Below, one piece after another: positions 12,446 to 23,710 of a stretch of 64,000 bases of DNA. The translations under genes were made by a program, and so were the position numbers. Each line of letters starts with the position of its first letter. Positions within the stretch are counted from its first letter, which is position 1. The notes below the pieces were generated by a model that saw nothing but the letters and a program-made list of their open reading frames with translations, did not search any database and had not been told where the DNA came from. This DNA is from Mobula hypostoma (taxonomy: Eukaryota), in contig NC_086108.1 in assembly GCF_963921235.1 (NCBI RefSeq), positions 72,232,001-72,296,000 of the forward strand, read 5' to 3'.

Positions 12446-13976
12446 TTGGTCAAGTTGACCTGTTGTCTCTGCTGCTTCCTGCAGTGAAGGAGACTGACAA
12501 GGCTCAACTGTGAACAGTTTGCAGTGGAGACCTGAGAAGTCCTGGGGTGATGTCCACGTATTCAGGTAACAAAGGGTTGGAAGACAATTGGCAAGAAAGA
12601 CTAGTTGAAGTTGATGACCCTTGTGCCAATAGTATGGTTACAACCAAAATAAGTATTCAGGAATGAGCCACTAATGAGTAATGTCACCACATCTAGAACT
12701 CCACCCTGTGTAGTTGCAGGGATAATTTTATGTTGAGAAAGTTTTAAAAAGCTTCAGAGGGTTTTATAGCAAGTGGTAGTTTTTAAGTCTAAATATATTA
12801 TTTAATTTAAATTTGAAGTGAGTCATGCAGCACTGAGAAAGATTTCATTTTGTCAGCCATATGAAAGATGTGCCATTTGTCTTAAGGGAAGTTATTGCAG
12901 AATAGCAGAAGTTTTTTGAGGCAAGAAACTCTTGGAGATGAGATTATGAACTGTTAAATAAAGCAATGTTTGCAGAAGAAGTTATATAATCATTTATATT
13001 AGTCAGGCACATGGAAATTGACATATTGGAGTGTCCATGAATGTAGTTGCTTTGTTCTACCAGAGCAACTTTATAAGTGTCTGCACAAGTGATTATCAGC
13101 AAACGTAAAATATATGAATTAGAAGTAGGAGGGAGACGAAGAGTAGGGAAGAAATCATGTCTTCTGATTGACAGGTTTGTGCCCATTGAGGATTTTTATT
13201 GCATCCTTGACTTTTCCATAATCTTAGGAGAGAAATGTAAATCCACATTTAAGAGATTGAACACTCTTTGACCCATATCATGTTGAGCAAAAGAACCAAC
13301 ATCTATCTCACAGCTTAGATGATTTCGGGTTAGGGGTAAAGTGGTTGCTTACTCAAGCAGATAGTATGTCCACCAATAGAACTTCAACTGGGTAGCTTTC
13401 TTCTCTTCATGAAATAAATACTTACCCCTTTAAATGGAGTTCTATAGGGTCTATAATTTTGAAAACCAAAGATTTTTTTTGATATGGACAGTTTCACCCT
13501 GAGAAAATCTCAAGGAAGAACTATTTCCTGGACAAGAGCAGAGATCTGATAACAACTAGTGATATTTCTCTGGAAGCAGAAGTACATTTATAAATGCCCC
13601 TCCTGAATAAATAGTAGCAGTCCTCCACAAGAGTTGTACTTCATGAACAATGACTGGCCCAATCCAGTGTTGTACAGCAGGCTGTAAGAACTACATGATG
13701 TTTTTATCTGTAACTGATCAGAGATTTACAGTGAGATTACACATGAAATCTGATGTCTGGATCTGATCTGAACATGATATCCTTTACCTGTACCACCAGT
13801 GTTATCCGTTATAACGTAGTTACTGCAAAACATTATTGCTGGAGTATGCTACAATGATATAGCTTTTAAGTTCACTTTAAGATGGTTCTTAATGATAAAA
13901 ACAAGATATATTGAATAATAATTTCTATTCTTGTTCCATATCTCATTAAATGTGAGAAACAAGCTAAATCCAAATG

Positions 13977-14070
13977 AACACAGAAAATGCAGGAGAAACT
14001 CAGCAGGTCAGGCAGCATCTATGGAAACGAATAAACAGACGACATATGGACAGAGCCCATTCATCAGAGC
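13977..14070 (-). repeat. Short Penelope pseudo-LTR/hammerhead-derived element
   Basis: The reverse complement reads CTGATGAATGGGCTCTGTCC...ATAGATGCTGCCTGACCTGCTGAGTTTCTCCTGCATTTTCTGTGTT. The GAAA box is lost. Confidence 0.8.
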
Positions 14071-15109
14071 TCCTGGTGGTACCACATTACTCATATAATG
14101 AGTAATATATCATATATATTCATAGATATGAGTGTATCTATGCATTACTTTGTAATATTTGAGGAAATTCAATCAGGGAGTTTGGTAGAACGATAGTAGG
14201 CAATAGATAAATGAATAATCTCATTTGCTAGTATAACTTTGACCTCCAAACATTTAGGAATGAAATAGCTTTTTGGTCCCTTCATCAAAAGCAATATAAT
14301 AGAACAGAATGTTTTAAGTGGGCTGTCAAATGATCCTGTTGTCACGGTAGTATATAGCTAATATTAATGCCCGTCACATAATGTTTGAAAACCTAATGTG
14401 TCCTTGGCATTGAAAACCTCCCCTGCGAGATGAAATGACTAATAATGCTTTTAACATAGAAACATGATGTCATTCTGTGAGTGCTTGCAAATCAGATTAT
14501 CAATTAGGTAAAGTCACCAGGAGACAATAATGTAGCCTAGGAATATCAATTAATCAACTAGAATCTATTAGTCATTGATGGGCAATTTCAACACATTTTG
14601 TTTCTAATTATTTCTGTTCTCAATCTTTAAAGTTTCTGTTACATGTTTTGTGCTCTTTGTATAATTAAACAATTAAATCCTCTGTACACACTGTCCACTC
14701 CCTCCACCACCATCAACAAAGCATTGTCTTGGGTGACCGGAATCTGAAAAATTTTTGCTTTCTGAACACAAAAGCAGAATGATTAGAATAATTTGAGTAC
14801 TTTCACAGCTTCAATTGTTGCTTTTCTTCCAAAGTTGTTTGGAACATTGTGTTCTAATTGATTCTCTCGATGTTTTCTGAGTACCTGAATAGTAACTGCT
14901 GCTGACCTCATTGGGAGTATTGGCTGAGGAAAGGAATTGATCTCTCTGCTTGAAAGAGATAAATTACAGCATCCATTTGACTAAGGCGATCCACCAAACA
15001 ACTTACACTCGGCCACATTAATTTATCTTTGTTGCACTGTCTCAGTATGTTGTTTACTAATGTTCCGTTTCAATTGCAAAGGAAATAATCATTCCTCTGG
15101 ATGTCATCT

Positions 15110-15450
15110 GCTGGTCCTTTGAGTCAGAGACAGTGCGTTTGAGTTCTATTTCAGAATGCTCATGATAAATTCTAGACATCACTCAGAGACTTTGGATGCG
15201 ATGTTAAACAGAAGCCTTCTTAGCTTGAAATTAAATGCACCATTTTGCTCTTCCAGAAGCATTGTGGGATTTTATTGTATGATGAACAATATTTATTCCT
15301 TAATCTATGGTCTTTATCACAATTCTGTTTGTAAGACAAACTGCCTGCTGTGTTTCCTACATTTTAAATATGACTTTGATTCTGAGGTACTACATTAGAT
15401 GCAAGTTTTCAGGACATCCTGAGAATTGTGAAAAAATATTAATCTAAGTC
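15110..15450 (+). mobile_element. Old DeuSINE (SacSINE1/AmnSINE1-like)
   Basis: Recalled Deu-domain landmarks: CTTTGGATGCGATGTTAAAC, AATATTTATTCCT, GGTCTTTATCACA, GCTGTGTTTCCTACATT, GGACATCCTGAG...GTGAAA. Confidence 0.65.
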
Positions 15451-15803
15451 CTTAACGTAGATGCCCAATTCTTTGCCTACTAGCAGGAGATAATATACTT
15501 GCATTGACTCAACTCACTCTGGACAGGCATAATTTCCCCTGATGTTTCCTTTGTGATCAATAAAACAAATTCCATTTGAAAAGTCTCTTTCACATGGTGT
15601 TCTGGGTACCTGAGCATAGTTACATTACGAGGTGTTACAATGACAGTGTGGCAGCCTAGAAGAAACCTTGTCAATGTAAACATTTGCTTGACACATTCTT
15701 ATCAGATGTTTTGAGAGAAGTGAAGCACAGAAAATAAATTGAGAATCGTGTTTCTCCACACTAGGGTGCTAAAAGTGAACAAAAATATGTAATGAGATTA
15801 TCT

Positions 15804-16990
15804 TTTATAAACCTACTAATTCCCACAATTATCTTGACTATACCTGTCTCCTGTAAAAATGTTTTTTTTCCCTTTTCTCAGTTCCTTCGTCTCCACTGCA
15901 TCTGTTGCTAGGATGTGGCTTTCCTTTCCAGGATACCAGAAATTCCTCCATCTTCAATGGATAGGGTTTCTCTTCCTCCCCTGTTGACAGAGCTCTCACC
16001 CGTATCTCTTCCATTTTTCAAACATCCACACTTGCCCCATTTTCCTGCCATCTTAACAGTTCCTTTTGTCCTCACCTACCACCCCATGAGCCTCTGCTTA
16101 CAACAGACAATTCTCCACAACTTCTATCATCTCTGAAGGGATCCTACCACTAAACAATTTTTTTCCTCCCCCTCTCTCTCTGCTTTCCACAGGGATTGCT
16201 CCTTCAGTGGTTCCCTTGACAATTTGTCCCTCCTCACTAATCTCACTCCTTGCAACTGGCCAAAGAGCTGCACCTGTCCATTCACCTCCTCCCCTACCTC
16301 CATTCAGGGACCCAATCAGTCCTTCCAGGTGAGGTAACACTTCACCTGCAAATCAGCTGGGGTCACCTATTGTTTCCAGTACTCCTAATGTGGCCTCCTC
16401 TGCATTGGTGAGGTGTATCGTAAATTGGGAGACCGCTTCGTCAAGCACCTCCGCTCCATCTACCAAAAGTGAAGAGCGATGCCCAACATTTTAATTCCAA
16501 TTCCCATTCTGACATGTTAGTCTATGGTCTCCTCTTGTGCTATGATGAGGCCACCCTCAGGGTTGAGGAGTAACACCTTATATTCTGTCTGGGTAGCCTC
16601 CAACCTGATGGCATGAATATCCATTTCTCTTCCCAGGAGAAAAAAAATTGCCTCTTTCCCTTCCCACCTGTCGTCTTCTATTCCCTGTTCTCTCACCTGC
16701 CTATCACCTTCCCCTGGGTCCCCTCTACCTTCCCTTTCTTCTATAATCTACTCTCCTCGCCTATCAGATTATTTCCCTCCAGCCCTTTATCTTTCCTACC
16801 CACCTGTCTTCATTTATCACCGAGCTATCATCCTTTCCCTCCCCCCAACTTTTTTATTTGGCCATCTTCCCCCCCCCCCACCCCTTTCCAGTTCTGAAGA
16901 AGGGTCTTGGCCTGAAACGTTGACTGCTTATTCATTTCCTTAGATGCTGCCTGACTTGCTGAGTTCCTCCAGTATTTTGTGTGTGTTGCA
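15804..16990 (+). mobile_element. Penelope-like element, 3' part: RT C-terminus, GIY-YIG and pseudo-LTR, decayed
   Basis: YKPTNSHNYLDYT and PFSQFLRLHCIC-type segments, then a GIY-YIG region homologous to 10114-10440 but with stops. Ends in the hammerhead module. Confidence 0.9.
16889..16926 (+). ncRNA. Minimal type I hammerhead ribozyme with intact catalytic core
   Basis: CAGTT-CTGAAGA-AGGGTCTTGGCCT-GAAAC-GTT-GACTG: stem I CAGUU/GACUG, CUGANGA box, short stem II, GAAA box, palindromic AACGUU helix III region and NUH triplet GUU. Confidence 0.8.
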
Positions 16991-17277
16991 ATGAAATTGT
17001 GACTTGCTTTCCATTATAATTTTCCAGAATATGTTACCTAAACTCCACTGCTGTGTAAAATAATTTTTGTTTTGAAACAAATTCATTTGCACCAATTTGA
17101 TTGTGATGATTTCTCATGTTTGGAAACACCTTATGGACATTTATTGCAAGTTATTTCCACTATCCACTTAGATTCTTTTTGTTTGTTTCAGAGCATTCTG
17201 TGTAACAAAGTGAAGGTGCTTGAAATTTACCTTCAGTATAAAATTGGTATTTAAAACAAAGCAAAATAACAGCCTTG

Positions 17278-17640
17278 TATAATCAAGGACACGACCCACC
17301 CAGCCAACACACTTTTAGTCCCTCTTCCCTCTGGGAGAAGGCTCAGGAGCTTGAAGACTCGTACGGCCAGATTTGGGAACAGCTTCTTTCCAACTGTGAC
17401 TGCTGAACGAATCCTGAGCTGGATCTGGGCCGTACCCTCCAAATATCCAGACCTGCATCTTAGTTTTTTTGCACTACCTTACTTCCCATTTTTCTATTTT
17501 CTGATCATGATTTATAATTTAAATTTTTAATATTTACTATCGATTTGTAATCCAGGGAGCAAGAAGCGCAGAATCAAATATCGCTATGATGATTGTACGT
17601 TCTAGTATCAATTGTTTGGCGACAATAAAGTATAAAGTAA
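17278..17640 (+). mobile_element. Rex1/Babar-type LINE 3' end (younger subfamily)
   Basis: IIKDTTHPANTLLVPLPSGRRLRSLKTRTARFGNSFFP, then a 3' UTR ending CAATAAAGTATAAAGTA. A second UTR copy lies inverted at 27526-27720. Confidence 0.85.
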
Positions 17641-17844
17641 AAGATATCTTTGCTCCACCCACTGTACCAACCAGGATCTCCTGGTGGCCAGCTAGTGTAA
17701 TTACACTTCCCGTTCCCATGCCAACATGTCTGTCTTTTAGCCTCCTTTACTGCCAGCATCTCTCTCTCTGTCCCTTTCTTTCCTTTATCCCACCAGTTCT
17801 AATCACCCCATATCTTTCCCCTTCTCCACCCATTCAATCTGCCT

Positions 17845-19050
17845 GTCAAGGTCAAGTTTCTTGTCATATGCCCAAGTGCATGTCTGCTCAGGTACAGTGG
17901 AAAACCTTGTTCCAGCAGCATCACAGGTGCATAGAATTATATAAGCACAGTTCTGAAGGAAAATATAAACAACATAAATTATACACAAATCTTCAAGAAA
18001 GAACACAATTAGAACAAAATAGAATCAAAGTCCATTTTAGTGGAAAGTAATCAAAGTGGTCATAGTAATCGAGGTTTTGCCAGTTGGTTTAAGAACCAAC
18101 TGGTTAAATGGGTTGAACAAGATGGTGACAGGGTGTACAGGAGTGAGACAGATCAGCTGGCTGAGTGGTGTCGTAACTACAACCTTGTACTCAACATCAG
18201 TAAGACCAAGGAATAGATTGAGGACTTCAGGTAGGGGAAGTCGAGGGAACACAGTCCAGTCCTCATCGACGGATCAGCAGTGGAAAATGTGATTAGTTTC
18301 AAGCTCCTGGATGTCAGCATCGCTGAAGATCTGTCCTGGGCCCAATATTTTGATGCAATTACAGAGAAGCCATGGAAGTGGCTATATTTCATTGGCAGTC
18401 TGAGGAGGCTTGCTATGACACTAAAGAATCTCTCAAATTTCTAACAATTTATCACTGAAAGCACTCTAACTGGTTGCATCCCCATCTGGTCTGGAGGGGC
18501 CACCGCACAGAATCAGAAAAAGCTGCAGAAAGCTGTGAACTCAGCCAGCTCCATCTTGGGCACTAGACTCCCCAGCATCAAGGACATCTTCAAAAAGCAA
18601 TGCATCAAAATGATAGCGTCCATCAGTAATGAAGTCCAGCACGCAGGACATGCCCTTTTCTCATTACTATCGTCAAGAAGGAGGTATAGCAGCCTAAGGA
18701 CCAACACTCAACATTTTAGGAACAGCTTGTTCCCCTCCACGTTAATTTCTGAATGGACAATGAACCCACATACATTACCTCAATATTTTTCCCTCTCTTT
18801 TAGCACTACTTATTTAATTTAATATAAAATTAAATATTTCTTGTTGTAACTTATAGTTTTTAATACCATGTATTGCAATGTACTGCTGTTGCAAAACAAA
18901 TTTCACAACGTATCCCAGCGATATTAAACCACATTCTGATTCTGGGATTTGTAAACTTTGTGGTGTGGGATTTTATTGTTCTGTACCACCTGCCCAGTAG
19001 TAACTGTGAAAAGATGGCATGGCCCAGATGACAAGCCAGCTGCACATTCC
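17845..19050. mobile_element. Cluster of Rex1-type fragments (3' UTR minus about 17845-18120; RT C-terminus to 3' UTR plus about 18125-18945; minus fragment about 18945-19050)
   Basis: ORF 18535-18822 reads ILGTRLPSIKDIFKKQC...HAGHALFSLLSSRRRYSSLRTNTQHFRNSLFP, with an ATTCTGATTCTG tail at about 18932-18944. Confidence 0.75.
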
Positions 19051-19606
19051 TCAGTCCATTTCCACTCCTCAGCTTCCTTTTTTCACCGTCCACTGTCCAA
19101 TTCTATCACTTTCTATCTTGTTCAGCTCTTGGTCACTTCCACCTATCACCTCCCAGCGACTTACATAATTCCCACTCTCCCTCTTCCCCACCTGCCTATC
19201 TTCCCTAATAATTCCCTAATAGCGGCCGTGGATGATGCATCCGAACTGTCTAGAGATGTAAGCCTGGGCAGTACAATATGAAGAGCAAGCTCCCCCTCTG
19301 ATGATCCCAAAGGAACGGCAGAGACCGATACAGTCTGGTACCAGCAGCATCGCTGGAGTTGCCAGTCAGCATTGAACTCAGCATAGGACTACCTTAGGGA
19401 CATAATAAGGTAATAAGGAATGCAGTTATTAGATTCAGATTGCTTCTACAGTTCAAAATACCATGTTCATTTGTATTTTGCTATAAGTGGCAATCAGCTT
19501 TCTTCGGGCTTGAGAAGCCTTGCAACAGATTTGAGGGTGATTTAGAGGGTGAGAGCAAGTGGGCCAGTGAAGGAGTGGAGCTCTGAGGCTTTGACTCGAG
19601 AGATTC

Positions 19607-19641
19607 TGGCAGTTTTGGCAGTTTTGGCAGTTTTGGCAGTT
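19607..19641 (+). repeat. Tandem 9-mer (TGGCAGTTT) x about 4, in the CR1 5' UTR
   Basis: Read directly; gives CQNCQNCQN and AVLAVLAV in the ORF track. Confidence 0.95.
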
Positions 19642-19888
19642 GGTCTGTGCAATCAAGTCAATCAAGATTTGAATAGATCAGCAGAAAGCCATTGGTTGGA
19701 CAATCAAGATTTGAGTAGCTCAGACTCAGCAGAAAGCAGCTGATTGAGCAATTGAGGTTAGGTGACCAAGCATTTTGAAAAGCTCAAACAGATAAATAGA
19801 GGGATAGCTCAAGCGAAGCAGCCAGTGAAGGAGTGGAACTTTGACGAGAAGAGGCGGAGGACAAGCTAGCTCACAGTTAGTCTTTACA

Positions 19889-20857
19889 ATGTCTCCTGAG
19901 ATGGTGATGTGCCTCTCATGTGAGATGTGACAGTCCTGGGGGAACGCCCCTCTCCCGCAGAGTCATATCTGCCAGAAGTGCATACGGCTGGGCAATCTGA
20001 TAGACCATGTAAGGAATCTGGAGCAGCAGCTAGATGACCTTCGACTCATAGGGGAGAATGAGGCAGTCATAGATGAGAGCTACAGAGAGGTAGTCACACC
20101 TAGGCTGTCGGAAGCAGGTCATTGGGTGACAGTCAGAGGGGGGAAAGTGAAGGTGAGCAGACAGGTAGTACAGAGCACCCCTGTAGCCATTCCCCTGAAT
20201 AATAAGTTTACCGTCCTGGATACTGTTGGCGGGAACGACCGACCAGGTGTGAGCCACGGTGGCAGGGCCCTCCAGCACTGAGTCTGACCCTGTGGTACAG
20301 AAGAGTGGGATGGAGAAGAGGAGAGCTGTCGTCATTGGAGACTCAGGGGAGCAGACAGGAGATTTTGTGGACGTGAGAAGGACACCCGCATGGTTTGTTG
20401 CCTCCCAGGTGCCAGGGTCCGGGATGTCTCTGACTGGGTGCACGACATCCTGGTACAAGAGGGAAAGCAACCAGAAGGCGTGATACATGTTGGGACCAAC
20501 GACATAGGCAGGAAGACGGATGAGGTCCTGAAGTGTGAGTTTCAGGAACTAGGCAGAAAGCTGAAGAACAGGACCTCAAGGGTGGCATTCTCAGGATTGC
20601 TGCCAGTGCTACGTGACAGTGATGGTAAGAATTGAAGGAGATGGCAGTTGAATGCGTGGCTGAGGAGTTGGTGCAGGGGGCAGGGTTTTAGATTTTTGGA
20701 CCATTGGGATCTCTTCTGGGGAAGGTGGGACCTGTACAGATTGGATGGGTTGCACCTGAGCTCAAGGGGGAACAATATCCTTGCAGATAGGTCTGCTAGC
20801 ATAGTTCGGGAGGGTTTAAACTATAATTTGCAAGGGGGATGGGACCCGGAGCGATAG
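19889..20857 (+). pseudogene. CR1 ORF1 (zinc finger, coiled coil, SGNH esterase), disrupted
   Basis: ATG at 19889 gives MSPEMVMCLSCEM*...HICQKC...VRNLEQQLDDLRL, with an in-frame TGA at 19928. Downstream pieces AVVIGDS, CLPGARV, IHVGTND and DGLHL are SGNH/GDSL blocks. Confidence 0.9.
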
Positions 20858-20861
20858 AGCA

Positions 20862-23710
20862 GTGAAAGAAGCGCATGGAGTAAAGCCAGATCTAACATAT
20901 AGAGAGGCTTTGAGGAAAGAGAAGCAGAATAAACGGTTTAAAGGTAGTAAGGTAGAAGGGCTGAAATGTGTATATCTCAATGCAAGAAGCATCAAGAACA
21001 AAGGTAATGAACTGAGAGCTTGGATACATACATGGAATTATGATGTAGTGGCCATTACAGAGACTTGGCTGGCACCAGGGCAGGAATGGATTCTCAATAT
21101 TCCTGGATTTCAGTGTTTTAAAAGGGATAGAGAAGGGGGGGAAGAGGAGGAGGGGTGGCATTACTGATCAGGGATACTATTACAGCTACAGAAAGGGTGG
21201 GTCATGTATCAGGATCCTCTTTTGAGTCAGTATGGGTGGAAGTCAGGAACAGGAAGGGAGCAGTTACTCTATTGGGGGTATTCTATAGGCCCCCTGGTAG
21301 CAGCAGAGATACAGAGGAGCAGATTGGGAGGCAGATTTTGGAAAGGTGCAAAAATAACAGGGTTGTTATCATGGGTGACTTTAACTTCCCTAATATTTAT
21401 TGGCACCTGATTAGTTCCAAGGGTTTAGGTGGGGCAGAGTTTGTTAAGTGTGTCCAGGACAGATTCCTGTCATAGTATGTGGACAGGCCGACTAGGGGGA
21501 ATGCCATACTAGATCTATTACTAGGTAATGAACCGGGTCAGGTCACAGATCTCTCAGTGGGTGAGCATCTGGGGGACAGTGACCACCTTTCCCTGGCCTT
21601 TAGCATTATCATGGGAAAGGATAGAATCAGAGAGGACAGGAACATTTTTTAATTGGGGAAGGGCAAATTATGAGACTATAAGACTAGAATTTGCGGGTGT
21701 GAATTGGGATGATGTTTTTGCAGGGAAATGCACTATGGATATGTGGTCGATGTTTAGAGATCTCTTGCGGGATGTTAGGGATAAATTTGTCCCAGTGAGG
21801 AAGATAAAGAATGGTAGGGTGAAGGAACCATGGGTGACAAGTGAGGTGGAAAATCTAGTCAGGAGGAAGAAGGCAGCATACATGAGGTTTAGGAAGCAAG
21901 GATCAGATGGGTCTATTGAGGAATACAGGGAAGCAAGAAAGGAGCTTAAGAAAAGGCTGAGAAGAGCAAGAAGGAGGCATGAGAAGGCCTTGGCGAGTAG
22001 GGTAAAGGAAAACCCCAAGGCATTCTTCAATTATGTGAAGAACAAAAGGATGGCAGGAGTGAAGGTAGGACCAATTAAAGATGAAGGTGGGAAGATGTGC
22101 TGTGGAAGTGAGTGAGGCCCTCAATAAATACTTCTCTTTGGTATTCACCAATGAGAGGGAACTTGATGATGGTGAGGACAATATGAGTGAGGTTGATGTT
22201 CTAGAGTGTGTTGATATTAAGGGAGAGGAGGTGTTGGAGTTGTTAAAATACATTAGGATGGATAAGTCCACGGGGCCTGACGGAATATTCCCCAGGCTGC
22301 TCCATGAGGTGAGGGAAGAGACTGCTGAGCCTCTGGCTGGGATCTTTATGTCCTCGTTGTCCATGGGAATGGTAATGGAGGATTGGAGGGAGGCGAATGT
22401 TGTCCCCTTGTTCAAAAAAGGTAGTAGGGATAGTCCGGGTAATTATAGACCAGTGATCCTTACGTCTGTGGTGGGAAAGCTGTTGGAAAAGATTCTTAGA
22501 GGTAGGATCAACAGGGATTTAGAGAATCATGGTCTGATCAGGGACAGTCAGCATGACTTTGTGAAGGGAAGATCATGTCTAACAAGCCTGATAGAGTTCG
22601 TTGAGGAGGTGACCAGGCATATAGATGAGGGTAGTGCAGTGGATGTGATCTATGTGGATTTTAATAAGGCATTTGACAAGGTTCCACACGGTAGGCTTAT
22701 TCAGAAAGTCAGAAGGCATGGGTTCCAGGGAAGTTTGGCCAGGTGGATTCAGAATTGGTTTGCCTGCAGAAGGCAGAGGGTCGTGGTGGAGGGAGTACAT
22801 TCAGATTGGAGGATTGTGACTAGTGGTGTCCCACAAGGATCTGTTCTGGGACCTCTACTTTTCGTGATTTTTATTAACGACCTGTATATGGGGGTAGAAG
22901 GGTGGGTTGGCAAGTTTGCAGACGACACAAAGGTTGGTGGTGTTGTAGATAGTGTAGAGGATTGTCAAAGATTGCAGAGAGACATTGATAGGATGCAGAA
23001 GTGGGCTGAGAAGTGGCAGATGGCGTTCAACCCGGAGAAGTGTGAGGTGGTACACTTTGGAAGGACAAACTCCAAGCAGAGTACAAAGTAAATGGCAGGA
23101 TACTTGGTAGTGTGGAGGAGCAGAGGGATCTGGGGGTACATGTCCACAGATCCCTGAAAGTTGCCTCACAGGTGGGTAGGGTAGTTAAGAAAGCTTATGA
23201 GGTGTTAGCTTTCATAAGTCGAGGGATAGAGTTTCAGAGTCGCGAGGTAATGATGCAGTTCTATAAAACTCTGGTTAGGCCACACTTGGAGTACTGTGTC
23301 CAGTTCTGGTCGCCTCACTATAGGAAGGATGTGGAAGCATTGGAAAGGGTACAGAGGAGATTTACCAGGATGCTGCCTGGTTTAGAGAGTATGCATTATG
23401 ATCAGAGATTAAGGGAGCTAGGGCTTTACTCTTTGGAGAGAAGGAGGATGAGAGGAGACATGATAGAGGTGTACAAAATAATAAGAGGAATATATAGAGT
23501 GGATAGCCAGCGCCTCTTCCCCAGGGCACCACCGTTCAATGCAAGAGGATATGGCTTTAAGGTAAGGGGTGGGAAGTTCAAGGATATTAGAGGAAGTTTT
23601 TTACTCAGAGAGTGGTTAGTGCGTGGAATGCACTGCCTGAGTCAGTGGTGGAGGCAGATACACTAGTGAAGTTTAAGAGACTACTAGACAGGTATATGGA
23701 GGAATTTAAG
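20862..23710 (+). pseudogene. CR1 ORF2 (APE endonuclease plus reverse transcriptase), frameshifted
   Basis: Endonuclease motifs YLNARS, ITETW, FYRPP, MGDFN. RT motifs NYRPV, DFNKAFDKVPH, GVPQGSVLGPLLF, KFADDTK. Split over several ORFs, with a TAG at 21473-21475. Confidence 0.95.

Noticed and set aside
19607..19641. Short repeats as a CRISPR array (also 51313-51342 and about 49300-49365)
   Set aside because: Head-to-tail tandem units with no spacers and no cas genes, in a eukaryotic context.
21903..22415. 170-aa Ser-rich minus-strand ORF
   Set aside because: Antisense shadow of CR1 ORF2.
20862..23710. RT as a retron, DGR or group II intron
   Set aside because: APE endonuclease, esterase ORF1 and the microsatellite tail identify a CR1 LINE.
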